Of a DNA stretch of 64,000 nt, positions 37,516 through 46,667 are shown in pieces. The stretch's first letter is position 1, and each line of letters starts with the position of its first letter. The translations under genes were made by a program, and so were the position numbers. Source of the stretch: Armatimonadota bacterium (GTDB lineage Bacteria > Armatimonadota > UBA5829 > DTLH01); assembly GCA_038207085.1 (NCBI GenBank), contig JBBRAE010000008.1:32001-96000 (forward strand). Direction: 5' to 3'. The notes under the pieces are model-generated. The model did no database searches, was not told the DNA's origin, and worked only from the letters and a program-made list of their open reading frames with translations.

Positions 37516-38606
37516 AACGTCTTCAACGCCTTAACTATCTCAGCGACTTGCTCTTCTCTGAGCTCAGGGTGGACAGGGAGCGACAGAACCTCACGTGACG
37601 CCAGCTCGGCTGCCGGGAAGTCACCCTCCTTATACCCCAAAAACGCATAAGCTGGTTGCACATGCAGCGGGGAAGGATAATAAACTGCACAGCCGATACC
37701 CGCGTTCTTCAGGGTTGACTGCACTATATCTCTATTCCCGGTTCGGATCGTATACTGATGATAAACATGATAGTTGCCGGCAAGTTCGGTCGGGGCGGTG
37801 ATCGATGAACCCTCAAGCGCCGCCGTGTAGGCGTGTCCGTGGGTTCGGCGCGACTCGTTCCACTCCTTGAGCTTTGTGAGCTTCACGCCGAGCACCGCGG
37901 CCTGGATGCCGTCGAGCCTGCTGCAGAACCCGATCCGCTCGTAGGCGTAAGTCGCTGACCTGCCGTGGTCCCGAAGGCTTCTTGCGGCTTCTGCAAGCTC
38001 GTCGCTGTTTGTGAGGATCATCCCACCGTCGCCCGCGCCGCCGAGGTTCTTTGTAGGGTAGAAGCTGAGAGTGCAGGCGTCACCGAGTTCACCGATCGGG
38101 CGGCCCCTGTAGGTCGCGCCGATGGCCTGAGCGCCATCGCAGATCACTTTCAGGTTGTGCCGAGCGGCGATCTCCATAATCTCGTCCATATTGGCGCACT
38201 GGCCGTAGAGGTGGACGGGAAGAATCGCCTTGGTCTTCGGGCTAATCGCCTTTTCTACTGCAACCGTATTGATGTTGTAGGTCACGGGGTCGATGTCGGC
38301 GTATACCGGCTTCGCTCCGACCAGGCAGATCGACTCGGTCGTTGCGACGAATGTGAAGGGAGTTGTGATCACTTCATCGCCGGGCCCGACACCCGCAGCG
38401 GCAAGCGCGATGGTGATGGCATCTGTGCCGGAATTAACCGCGATGCCATACTTTGCGCCACACAGCGCAGCTATGTCTTCCTCAAGCTTGGTGACGGTTT
38501 CGCCGAGGATGAACGAGCACTTGCCGAGAACGTCAAGCACTGCGGCGTTGATCTCAGCCTCAAGTGAGCGATACTGTGCTCTTAGATCGGCCATCGGAAT
38601 GGACAA
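37512..38606 (-). CDS. DegT/DnrJ/EryC1/StrS family PLP aminotransferase
   Basis: 'VNSGTDA', 'TPFTFVAT', 'PVHLYGQ', 'SFYPTKNLGGAGDGG', 'SLPVHPEL'. Confidence 0.95.
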   Translation of the reverse strand: MSIPMADLRAQYRSLEAEINAAVLDVLGKCSFILGETVTKLEEDIAALCGAKYGIAVNSGTDAITIALAAAGVGPGDEVITTPFTFVATTESICLVGAKPVYADIDPVTYNINTVAVEKAISPKTKAILPVHLYGQCANMDEIMEIAARHNLKVICDGAQAIGATYRGRPIGELGDACTLSFYPTKNLGGAGDGGMILTNSDELAEAARSLRDHGRSATYAYERIGFCSRLDGIQAAVLGVKLTKLKEWNESRRTHGHAYTAALEGSSITAPTELAGNYHVYHQYTIRTGNRDIVQSTLKNAGIGCAVYYPSPLHVQPAYAFLGYKEGDFPAAELASREVLSLPVHPELREEQVAEIVKALKTF

Positions 38607-38656
38607 CTCAACAACTCCTTTGTGAAAAACGATGTCTGCCCGGTCTATTGCAAGAC

Positions 38657-39511
38657 TCAGCTTACAGACTGATCGAGCGCGGATTGAAACTGCGCTCTAA
38701 ACGATGGTCCAAGCTCCGGGTCACTAAGACACGCGAGCGTGAATGCTTCAAAATATATGGGAAACGTGCCAATATCCCGCCGGATCTCACTTCCAACAAG
38801 CGGCACACACCACACCGGGTTGCCGTCCGCAAGCATCAGCCCGATAGAGTCGGTGATCTGAAGCTCGCCAAGCGCGCCCGCTGTGGTTCTCTTTATATAG
38901 TCAAAAATGCGTGCGTCAAAGGCGTAGCGTCCGGCGATCGAGTATTCGCTCGGGCATTCCTCCGGGGCGGGTTTCTCGACGAGCAGATCGATCTCGAACC
39001 GCTCGGCTCCGTCCCATCGCACAGGACGGACCATACCAAAGCTTCGGCACTGCTCGATCGGCGTGCTCATGACCACTATCACGGACTCAGCGTTGGTCTG
39101 TGCGAAGCAGTCCAGAACCCGTGTGGTGGAATGAGCCGGGCCGTCCTGCGTGATGATCGAGTCGCCGAGAGCAACAAGAAACGGGTCGCCCGCGACGAAC
39201 TCCTCGCTGCAGAGCACCGCATCGGCGAGCCCTTTTTGCTCTTTCTGGATAGTGTAATCGACCCGAACACCGGGATAATTCTTGAAATACTCAGGAACTG
39301 AAAGCTTTTCGTCCGAGATCACGAGGAGAATGTCGGTGATGCCTGCGCCAGTGAGTTCATCGAAGATGACTTCAAGCACCGGTTTTCGCCCGAGCGGAAG
39401 CATTTCCTTGGGCACAGCTTTGCTCAAGGGGTAGAGTCTAGTCCCTTTGCCTGCCGCAGGGATAACGGCTTTGGTTATCTTTTTGGTTTCTCCCAAGGTT
39501 TGTTCCCGCAA
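38657..39511 (-). CDS. galU: UTP--glucose-1-phosphate uridylyltransferase-like nucleotidyltransferase
   Basis: 'KAVIPAAGKGTRLYPLSKAVPKEMLP', 'QKEQKGLADAV', 'LVEKP', 'GELQITD'. Confidence 0.8.
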   Translation of the reverse strand: MREQTLGETKKITKAVIPAAGKGTRLYPLSKAVPKEMLPLGRKPVLEVIFDELTGAGITDILLVISDEKLSVPEYFKNYPGVRVDYTIQKEQKGLADAVLCSEEFVAGDPFLVALGDSIITQDGPAHSTTRVLDCFAQTNAESVIVVMSTPIEQCRSFGMVRPVRWDGAERFEIDLLVEKPAPEECPSEYSIAGRYAFDARIFDYIKRTTAGALGELQITDSIGLMLADGNPVWCVPLVGSEIRRDIGTFPIYFEAFTLACLSDPELGPSFRAQFQSALDQSVS

Positions 39512-39578
39512 ACTCCTCTTAAGACCGGCTACATTTTAGCATACGGCAGAGCCACGGTCAAACCTTGATATTTCGGCA

Positions 39579-42008
39579 CTATTTTCCGAGACGAAACACC
39601 AGAACTGCCACGTCATCGCGCAGCAAGCCGCCCGCGTGGGCCTTGGCGGAGTTGACGACAAAGGAGGCTACCGACTTCGGATCTCGGTCCTTCACAACCG
39701 ATAAAACACTTCGAAGTCCCTCCGTGCCGAAAAACACTCCCGAAGGTGATCTAGCTTCGGTGATGCCGTCGGTGCAGAGGACGAACACGTCTCCATCGTT
39801 AAGGCTTTGTGAGGCTTCGGGATACTCGTAACCCATGGAAATGCCTATGGCCCGCCCCGCGATATCGACGTCAAGGACAGAGCCGTCAGTTCTCACGATA
39901 ACGGGAGAACTGTGCCCAGCGTTTGCGCACGTAAGAGAGCCACCAGTCGTATCGACTACGGCGAAGAAGGCCGTCATCATCTCTGATCCGATTTGGGGGT
40001 TTCTGATCAGCGCTTCGTTCGTGAGCGTGAGGACGCTTGCCGGGCTTGGGTCAATATACGCGTAGGCACGAACTGAGTGCCTCGCGGCGGCTACGCGAAT
40101 CGCAGCCGCAAGGCCTTTGCCCGAGACGTCGCCGATCAGTATGCCGATCCGTCCACCGTCGAGCTCGAACACGTCGTAGAAATCGCCTCCGACCTCAGCC
40201 TCTTTCATAGCAGGCAGATACGCCGCGGCTATTTCACAGCCGTGAATAGAGTAGACGGTATCAGGGATCAGTGCTTTTTGGAGGACATCTGCGATGTGGT
40301 GTTCGCGCTGGAAAAGGCGTTTGCGCTCTTCTTCACGCGTGTATACATCGGTTATGTTGCGGAAGACGTTTGTCGCGCCTATGATCTCACCGTTTGCGTT
40401 CCTGACGGGGCTTGCGCTTGTGCTGATGACAATGTGGCGGCCGTCCGGGGTTACCATTCGGTAGCGAAGGTCCCGCACAGTCTCACCCTGAAGCGCGCGG
40501 TAAGTCGCCGTCTGCTCAATGGTCATCGGTGTGCCGTCGAGGGTTGCTATGGAAAACTTTCGTTCAAAGTTCGCGGGACACAGGGTGTCATCGATGCACA
40601 GACTTTTTCGACCTGCCTGGTTGATGAACTTGATGCATCCCTTTGTATCAAAGAGTGCGACGCCGTCGGACATACTTGAAATGAACGATGTGAGCTCCGC
40701 TGCGCGCATTTCGGCGGCGGCCCTCGCGTTGGCAGCCTCTTCTTCGGCGGTAATCCTCGGGGTAACATCAAGGCCGAGTGAGAGCATGCCCGTCGTGTTT
40801 CCATCGGCGTCCCGAAGCGCCGAGTTATGCCACTCACAGACGATCACGCTGCCGTCCTTGCGCCGGTTGCGGTTTCTGCTGAAGCCGTATGAGAGCTCTC
40901 CTGAGTAGAGCCTTTCTGTCATCTGAATGACGCCTTCCACGTCGTCTTCATAAATTGTGTCAAGTTTGGTCGGAAGCTGGCCCATCACTTCTTCTGCCGT
41001 CCAGCCGAGCAATCGTGTTGACTCAGAGGTCCATCGCGTGATGCGGCCTTCTTTGTCCCACTCGATCAGGCCAAGGGGGGAGTGCTCGATCAACGTGTCG
41101 AGCCGCTGTGCGGCGTCTCGCAGCGCTTCCTCGGCGTGTTTGCGCTCGGTGATGTCCTCGATGACAATCACACCAAATTGCGGCGTATTGTCCGGGTTTC
41201 GAACAACTGAGACGTTCAGTCGTACCCAGATGACCTCTCTGTTTTTCCGAACATAACGCTTTTCAATGCCAACGCTTGGGATGAGGTTGGCCAAGAGATC
41301 GCGATACGGTTGTGATGAGATCGGAACGTCGTCGGGATAGGATATCGCGTCTCTGTGAACACCGTTTAGCTCACCCGGGCCGTATCCCATCAATCTTTCA
41401 AAAGCGGTGTTCGCCCGGTGGAAGGTGCCGTCCATTGCGCCGATAGCCATGCCGACTGCGGCTTTGTCAAATATGGTTCGGAACATATCATCGCTTCGTT
41501 GCAGTTCCACTTCCAGGCGTTTGCGGTCGGTGATGTTACTTAGCCCTATGATGAGCCCTTTCTGGTAGGGACAGGCGTTCACCTGGTAGACGATCCCAGT
41601 CCGTTCGCAGTGTGAGTCGAAGTTGGTTGGGGCATGCTCGGCCATAGCACGGATGAATGGGGCGCTGTTCTCGCCTTCCAGAAGGTGAGCGTGAGTCTCC
41701 CAGAGCGTGCGCCCGAGCAGTTCAGAGTGGTCACAGCTGCATGCCCGCCCAGCGGCATCGTTCGCATAAAGGAACTTCCACTTTGAGTCGACGACGAAAA
41801 CCGGGTCGGAGATCCTGTCGAAAGCTGCGAAGCGAGCAGAGATATCTTGAATGGACTGTGTGACATTGACCGCAGTGCATTTTCCGGACGCGACAGCGCT
41901 TGCAGCCTCACCAACACTCCGGTAGGCAACGGCGTCTATATTATTGGCAGCCAGAACCCTCTGCAGCTCATGAAGGATGGAATCGTCACATACTACAATA
42001 ACAGACAT
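39579..42008 (-). CDS. Multi-PAS PP2C/SpoIIE-type serine phosphatase (RsbU/RsbP-like)
   Basis: About four PAS/PAC units; 'EVGGDFYD', 'GDVSGKG', 'ANAGH', 'CTDGITEAR', 'DDVAVL'. Confidence 0.92.
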   Translation of the reverse strand: MSVIVVCDDSILHELQRVLAANNIDAVAYRSVGEAASAVASGKCTAVNVTQSIQDISARFAAFDRISDPVFVVDSKWKFLYANDAAGRACSCDHSELLGRTLWETHAHLLEGENSAPFIRAMAEHAPTNFDSHCERTGIVYQVNACPYQKGLIIGLSNITDRKRLEVELQRSDDMFRTIFDKAAVGMAIGAMDGTFHRANTAFERLMGYGPGELNGVHRDAISYPDDVPISSQPYRDLLANLIPSVGIEKRYVRKNREVIWVRLNVSVVRNPDNTPQFGVIVIEDITERKHAEEALRDAAQRLDTLIEHSPLGLIEWDKEGRITRWTSESTRLLGWTAEEVMGQLPTKLDTIYEDDVEGVIQMTERLYSGELSYGFSRNRNRRKDGSVIVCEWHNSALRDADGNTTGMLSLGLDVTPRITAEEEAANARAAAEMRAAELTSFISSMSDGVALFDTKGCIKFINQAGRKSLCIDDTLCPANFERKFSIATLDGTPMTIEQTATYRALQGETVRDLRYRMVTPDGRHIVISTSASPVRNANGEIIGATNVFRNITDVYTREEERKRLFQREHHIADVLQKALIPDTVYSIHGCEIAAAYLPAMKEAEVGGDFYDVFELDGGRIGILIGDVSGKGLAAAIRVAAARHSVRAYAYIDPSPASVLTLTNEALIRNPQIGSEMMTAFFAVVDTTGGSLTCANAGHSSPVIVRTDGSVLDVDIAGRAIGISMGYEYPEASQSLNDGDVFVLCTDGITEARSPSGVFFGTEGLRSVLSVVKDRDPKSVASFVVNSAKAHAGGLLRDDVAVLVFRLGK

Positions 42009-42156
42009 ACTCAGAACAACCCATCAGGACATCATTGTGGGGAAGTTCAAGCCCCAATGACTACTTAACCAGGTGGGCACATATTTCCTGCCAAAGGCCA
42101 AGCATGTAATTGGCACGTCGAAAACACGGTGGACTCTGCGACGATGTGCGACTGTA

Positions 42157-42194
42157 CAAAGAAAGAACCCGATGAGAATAATCTCACCGGGCTC
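42157..42194 (-). terminator. Terminator after tRNA-Leu
   Basis: Minus strand GAGCCCGGTGAGA-TTAT-TCTCATCGGGTTC followed by TTTCTTT. Confidence 0.8.
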
Positions 42195-42201
42195 GTATCT
42201 G

Positions 42202-42287
42202 TGGTGGGGATGAGAGGAGTTGAACCTCCACGGGGTTGCCCCCACTTGGCCCTCAACCAAGCGCGTCTGCCATTCCGCCACATCCCC
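42202..42287 (-). tRNA. tRNA-Leu (GAG)
   Basis: GGGGATG...CATCCCC ACCA; anticodon arm CTTGG-TTGAGGG-CCAAG; long variable arm GGGGCAACCCC. Confidence 0.96.
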
Positions 42288-42299
42288 TTAGCGACTTAT

Positions 42300-42328
42300 A
42301 TTGTAGCGAGTATCACTTTATGTGTCAA
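42300..42328 (-). promoter_or_regulatory. Sigma70 promoter of tRNA-Leu
   Basis: Minus strand TTGACA-N17-TACAAT. Confidence 0.85.
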
Positions 42329-42342
42329 GCGTTTTGTGGCCA

Positions 42343-43236
42343 CTACTTGGATAATTCTTGCAGATGGTCTATTTGTTCACTCTCTGTGAGGTCTATGGGT
42401 TCGGTGCGATCGCGCAGGTAGATGATCCAGTAGACCAGCCCGACCATCACCGCGCCGCCGATGATGTTGCCGATCGTCACCGGCAATAGGTTGCCGACCA
42501 GAAACCTCTCAGGGGTGAAGATAGACACAGGATACTTTTCGATCACGTGCACGGTTGCAGGATTGGATAAGAACTGAGGCGTGTGCGAGAGCATCATCCC
42601 GTAGGGGATGAGAAACATATTCGCGACGCTGTGCTCAAAACCCATCGCCACAAACGCGGTTACGGGGAAGATTATCGCGACGATCTTGTCGGCGACCGAG
42701 CGCGACCCATAGCAGAGCCACACGGCGATACACACAAGCGCGTTGCAGAGCGCTCCACTTGCGACAGCTGCTGCAAATGAGAGGCTCAGCTTCTTACCTG
42801 CAATGACGTACGCCGTCGCTCCGACCGACATATCACCGGCCTTCCAGTGGCCCGCGAGAATGATCAGCCCGACAGTGAGCAGGCTTCCGACAAAGTTGCC
42901 GAGGTATACGATCGTCCAGTTGCGCAGCAGCCGCCCCATGCTAACTCTGCCGCTGATCGCCGCCATGATGATAAGAGTGTTGCCGGTGAAGAGTTCCGCA
43001 CCGGCAACGACTACCAATATTAGCCCGAGGCAGAATACGAGCCCTCCAATGAGCCTCGTGATCCCGTATCCCGCCTCTGAGCCGGTTATCGAGTTTAGAT
43101 AGAAAGCCGAACCAAGGGCGACGAACCCACCCGCAAGCACCGCAAGCATAAACGTGCTCAGGAAATCGAGCCTGGCTTTCGCCACACCTACGTTTTCAGC
43201 CTTCTTCGCGATATCCTTGGGAGGGAATGCGTCCAT
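42343..43236 (-). CDS. Formate/nitrite transporter (FNT) family channel
   Basis: 'GAELFTGN', 'NWTIVYLGNFVG', 'CNALVCIAVW', 'GFEHSVANM', 'NLLPVTIGNIIGG'. Confidence 0.95.
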   Translation of the reverse strand: MDAFPPKDIAKKAENVGVAKARLDFLSTFMLAVLAGGFVALGSAFYLNSITGSEAGYGITRLIGGLVFCLGLILVVVAGAELFTGNTLIIMAAISGRVSMGRLLRNWTIVYLGNFVGSLLTVGLIILAGHWKAGDMSVGATAYVIAGKKLSLSFAAAVASGALCNALVCIAVWLCYGSRSVADKIVAIIFPVTAFVAMGFEHSVANMFLIPYGMMLSHTPQFLSNPATVHVIEKYPVSIFTPERFLVGNLLPVTIGNIIGGAVMVGLVYWIIYLRDRTEPIDLTESEQIDHLQELSK

Positions 43237-43301
43237 CTAGTTCATCTCCGGTGGCGCAAGCGCCACTGTGAAAGCAGCCATCGGCTGCGAAAGAACTGGC
43301 G

Positions 43302-46300
43302 CTATGCGCCACCGGTGATCCTCAGGATCATCATGTCATGTTTCTTCAGTGGGAATGTTACACTATTCCCCTTAACACTCAGGGGTGTAACATCCTTCTT
43401 TTCTGTGTCGGTTACGGTATAATCGCCATACCCAAGCGCTTTCGGGTCGATGTTGAGCTTTACCTGCTCATCGTTGTCTGAGTAGCCGACGACTACCACA
43501 ATCGCTTCGCGTCCGGGGACGCTGTAGACGATTGTCGGGATGTCCTTGTTGCCGGTCGTGACGGGTTGCGCGCGGTCGTCCCAGTAGCGGTAGACCGTAA
43601 GCGCCGGGTCGTCGAGCAGGTCGAGTATTGGTTTGGGAACACTGCCGCCGTCGAGCTCGTGCACGAGCCTGGAGGCGACGAATGTTCTTGCGATCCACTG
43701 GTCGTCTGCCTGTGCTCCGTGCTCGCCGAGCGGAACGGGCCATACGCCGGAGAGTTCTCCGTCTGTGGCAAGCTGGATATACTCGCGGGTGAACCTGTCC
43801 TGCACCTCGCCGCTTGAGTACTTCCATTCCCAGTCATACTGCACCGTGGCGAAGCTCATGATCGGCAGGCAGTTGAAGCTGGTCATGTGTGGGAACGTGA
43901 TCGGCAGCATCCCGCGCTCGTTCATCATGACAAACGTGCGTTTGACGAGGTCGCGCAATTCCCATATGCCGGTCGCCGGGACGATCTTGCCCGAGGTGTC
44001 CTTGTAGGCGGCGGTCATCTCTGTGTTGGCAGTCGCGACGATGAACATATTGTCCCAGTAGACGCCCTTGTTATTCCCGACCTCGAAGCTCTTCGCGTAC
44101 CAATAGAGCGCATGGTCGATGTAGGACTTGGATGGGACGATCTTGATCTCGTACCGGTTGTTGTCTTTGCCGAAAGCTCTGAAGTCGGAAAGCCCCCACT
44201 CATCTTTGAACGTTTCGAACTCGTCAGCCGCATTGTAGCTTGCCCGGTTGTAGTAGAAGACCATGTTGGCCCCGAGGTGCGACCTCAGATTGTACCCCGC
44301 GCAGGCCTTGAACCAGTAAAGGGGCTCATTGCCGTAGGGCTCGAAGTAGTGCTTGCCGTAGTCGATCAGGTCGTTGATCTCTTTGTCGCTTACCTGCTCT
44401 TTGTTGCCCTTAGCGATCATCTCCCAGAAGCGCATGTCCTTGCCTGCCGGGTAGACGCTTCCGCAGTTGCCGAGCGCGAGCCAGTTGATGTCGGTGCCCA
44501 GGAGCTGATAATTGTCTCGCTCGTAGCGGTATCTCCACCAGTTGGGGTTGCCGTCTGCCGTGATTCTCGGTTTGACGGGCGCACCAAGCAGGCCGAAGGT
44601 GATCGTTCTCGGGTGCGTGATGACGGTCGGCTGGTTAACGAGGTGTATTCGCAGCGTCACCTGTTCGCCGTTTCGAACGACTTCCATGTTGGAGGTCTTC
44701 GAGTCCCATCCCCAGCCGCGATTGTTGTCGGCGAACCACGCTAGCCCGCGCACGGCGTTGCCGATGAACACATACGGGCAGAAGTTCGGTATGTAGTCTA
44801 TGCACTGGACCTGTGAGCCGTCCCAGACGATTCCCTGGCCCTCTGGAATCTTCTGCGCGACTGGGCTTCTTATGCTGTCGCTGTTCGCGTGGATCAACTC
44901 TGCGGCCGCTTTGTCGAACGGTATCTCAAGCGTGAGTTCGTCGATTTTCTTGCCGCCGGTTGGAAGCAGTGTGAGGTCGACCCTGAGCGTGCCGTCGTAG
45001 TCCCACGTGCCAAGCGATGTCGCCTTGAACGCGCCTGCGGTGAAGCTCGCTTTGGTCTTTGCGATGTTCGGCTTTGCGCCAAGGACTATGATCTGTTCGG
45101 CTGTTACGGGAAGTGTCTTGCCGTCGATCTTGATCGTGTAGCGCATCGGCTCAGAAAGAATCGGCTTGGCGACGCCGGTCTGCGCGGAGGTCCCGAGCAT
45201 CTGGTCAAAGAGTCCAAGTCCGTTCAGTGTATACTCTCGAAGGACGGTCCTAAGCTTGTTACCATCCACTTCGATCGGCGTAAACGGCGCGTAGACCTTG
45301 TCGCTTATGCCCACCTTGCTGTTTTCCCACGGGTAAACCGTGCGCTCGAAGGTCTTTACGACCTCTTTGGCCGAAACGCCCTTGCCCGCGGCCTTTACGA
45401 CGATCTCGTAGTTGCCCTTGAGCGGCGGCAGGTTGAACGCGACCTCCTGGCGACCGCCTTTGAACCCGGCTGCTGGGAATTTCGTAGTGTGGATCACCTT
45501 CTTGTTCGACGCTTCGCGCACGACTGCCGTCACGGCTGTGACCTTGGCGGTCTTCGGCATATTGGTGATATCGGCGAAGAGCTTCATCTTGTTTTTGGAG
45601 GGATAATACGCGAAGCCGAAGTTGAGCGGCGGCTTTTTGATCTCAGCTCCCTTGCCGACGTATATGACGGGTTCGCCTTTGGTCCACTTGGTGCGCCTGT
45701 CGTAGATGGACACGCCGTCGGCGGTTTTGACTGTAGCGTCGAGCTGATAGCTTGTCGTCGGGTCGTCTTTGGGGATCGCAAGGGCGATCTCTTCATTTGT
45801 TCCCGGGGCAAGCGTGATTGCCTTCTGCTCTTTAAGCTCTGGCATGTTGTTGCGATTCACAAAAAGCCGGGCGTCCAGGTTTATCGCAGCGTCTGTCGGG
45901 TTGAACAGGGAAAGCGTGCCCTTTGCTCCCTGGATATAGGGGTCGCTGTCCCAGGCGAACTGGACCGCCGGGGCTTTGGGGTCGAACTTGAACAGGCATC
46001 CAGCTAGCGCGTAACCGCCGCCATCGGGAAGGGCGCTCCATGACCATTCCGGTTTCCAGTTGCGGGTAATGTTGATCTGCCAGATTCCGTCCGTCGTCTT
46101 GCGGCCCGGGCCGGAGTATTTCATAGTTTCAATAGGAATGGCACACTCCCACTGCCACCAGCCGCCTCCTACGGAGTTGGCGAGCTTCCAGTTGCCTTTC
46201 CAGCTCGGGGTGTCGTTTCCTTTGGCTACAGTGTGGATCTTGTAGCCGCCTTTACCCGTTGAGTTGAAGAGGAACTGATACTGCACCTGGTCAGCCTGGT

Positions 46301-46655
46301 TCGGCGCAGGGTTTATGTAGACCTCAGCGGAGTCGTCACAGACCGTGTTCAGGTTGTCGTTTTGTGGGTCTGCGAACAGCTTGCCCTTGGTGGGGAGCAT
46401 GCTCCGCATCGCAATGTAGATATTCTTTTCGTCTGCGCCGACATAGGTCTGGACGCGCCGCTGATCGATCTTTGCGCCGTTGAACAGTCCGTCGAAACCG
46501 GCAGACGCGGCCCATTCAGCGGCGTCGATCTTGCCGTCGATCGTCGGCGGCTTTGCCATAATCGGCACACGGTTCTCGCCCGCGGCGTGAGCCGTTCCTG
46601 CGAGTGTGGCTGCTGCTGCTATGAGCGCGCTCACCAAAGTGGTGGCTTTCTGCAT
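43302..46655 (-). CDS. Large secreted protein: CBM9-like N-terminus plus putative glycoside-hydrolase-like (DUF6067-like) domain, paralogue 2
   Basis: GGAGG RBS; signal peptide; 'PPTIDGKIDAAEW', 'WQWECAIP'; TIM-barrel-like 'GVYWDN' segment; strong similarity to the upstream gene. Confidence 0.75.
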   Translation of the reverse strand: MQKATTLVSALIAAAATLAGTAHAAGENRVPIMAKPPTIDGKIDAAEWAASAGFDGLFNGAKIDQRRVQTYVGADEKNIYIAMRSMLPTKGKLFADPQNDNLNTVCDDSAEVYINPAPNQADQVQYQFLFNSTGKGGYKIHTVAKGNDTPSWKGNWKLANSVGGGWWQWECAIPIETMKYSGPGRKTTDGIWQINITRNWKPEWSWSALPDGGGYALAGCLFKFDPKAPAVQFAWDSDPYIQGAKGTLSLFNPTDAAINLDARLFVNRNNMPELKEQKAITLAPGTNEEIALAIPKDDPTTSYQLDATVKTADGVSIYDRRTKWTKGEPVIYVGKGAEIKKPPLNFGFAYYPSKNKMKLFADITNMPKTAKVTAVTAVVREASNKKVIHTTKFPAAGFKGGRQEVAFNLPPLKGNYEIVVKAAGKGVSAKEVVKTFERTVYPWENSKVGISDKVYAPFTPIEVDGNKLRTVLREYTLNGLGLFDQMLGTSAQTGVAKPILSEPMRYTIKIDGKTLPVTAEQIIVLGAKPNIAKTKASFTAGAFKATSLGTWDYDGTLRVDLTLLPTGGKKIDELTLEIPFDKAAAELIHANSDSIRSPVAQKIPEGQGIVWDGSQVQCIDYIPNFCPYVFIGNAVRGLAWFADNNRGWGWDSKTSNMEVVRNGEQVTLRIHLVNQPTVITHPRTITFGLLGAPVKPRITADGNPNWWRYRYERDNYQLLGTDINWLALGNCGSVYPAGKDMRFWEMIAKGNKEQVSDKEINDLIDYGKHYFEPYGNEPLYWFKACAGYNLRSHLGANMVFYYNRASYNAADEFETFKDEWGLSDFRAFGKDNNRYEIKIVPSKSYIDHALYWYAKSFEVGNNKGVYWDNMFIVATANTEMTAAYKDTSGKIVPATGIWELRDLVKRTFVMMNERGMLPITFPHMTSFNCLPIMSFATVQYDWEWKYSSGEVQDRFTREYIQLATDGELSGVWPVPLGEHGAQADDQWIARTFVASRLVHELDGGSVPKPILDLLDDPALTVYRYWDDRAQPVTTGNKDIPTIVYSVPGREAIVVVVGYSDNDEQVKLNIDPKALGYGDYTVTDTEKKDVTPLSVKGNSVTFPLKKHDMMILRITGGA

Positions 46656-46667
46656 CCTGACCTCCAT

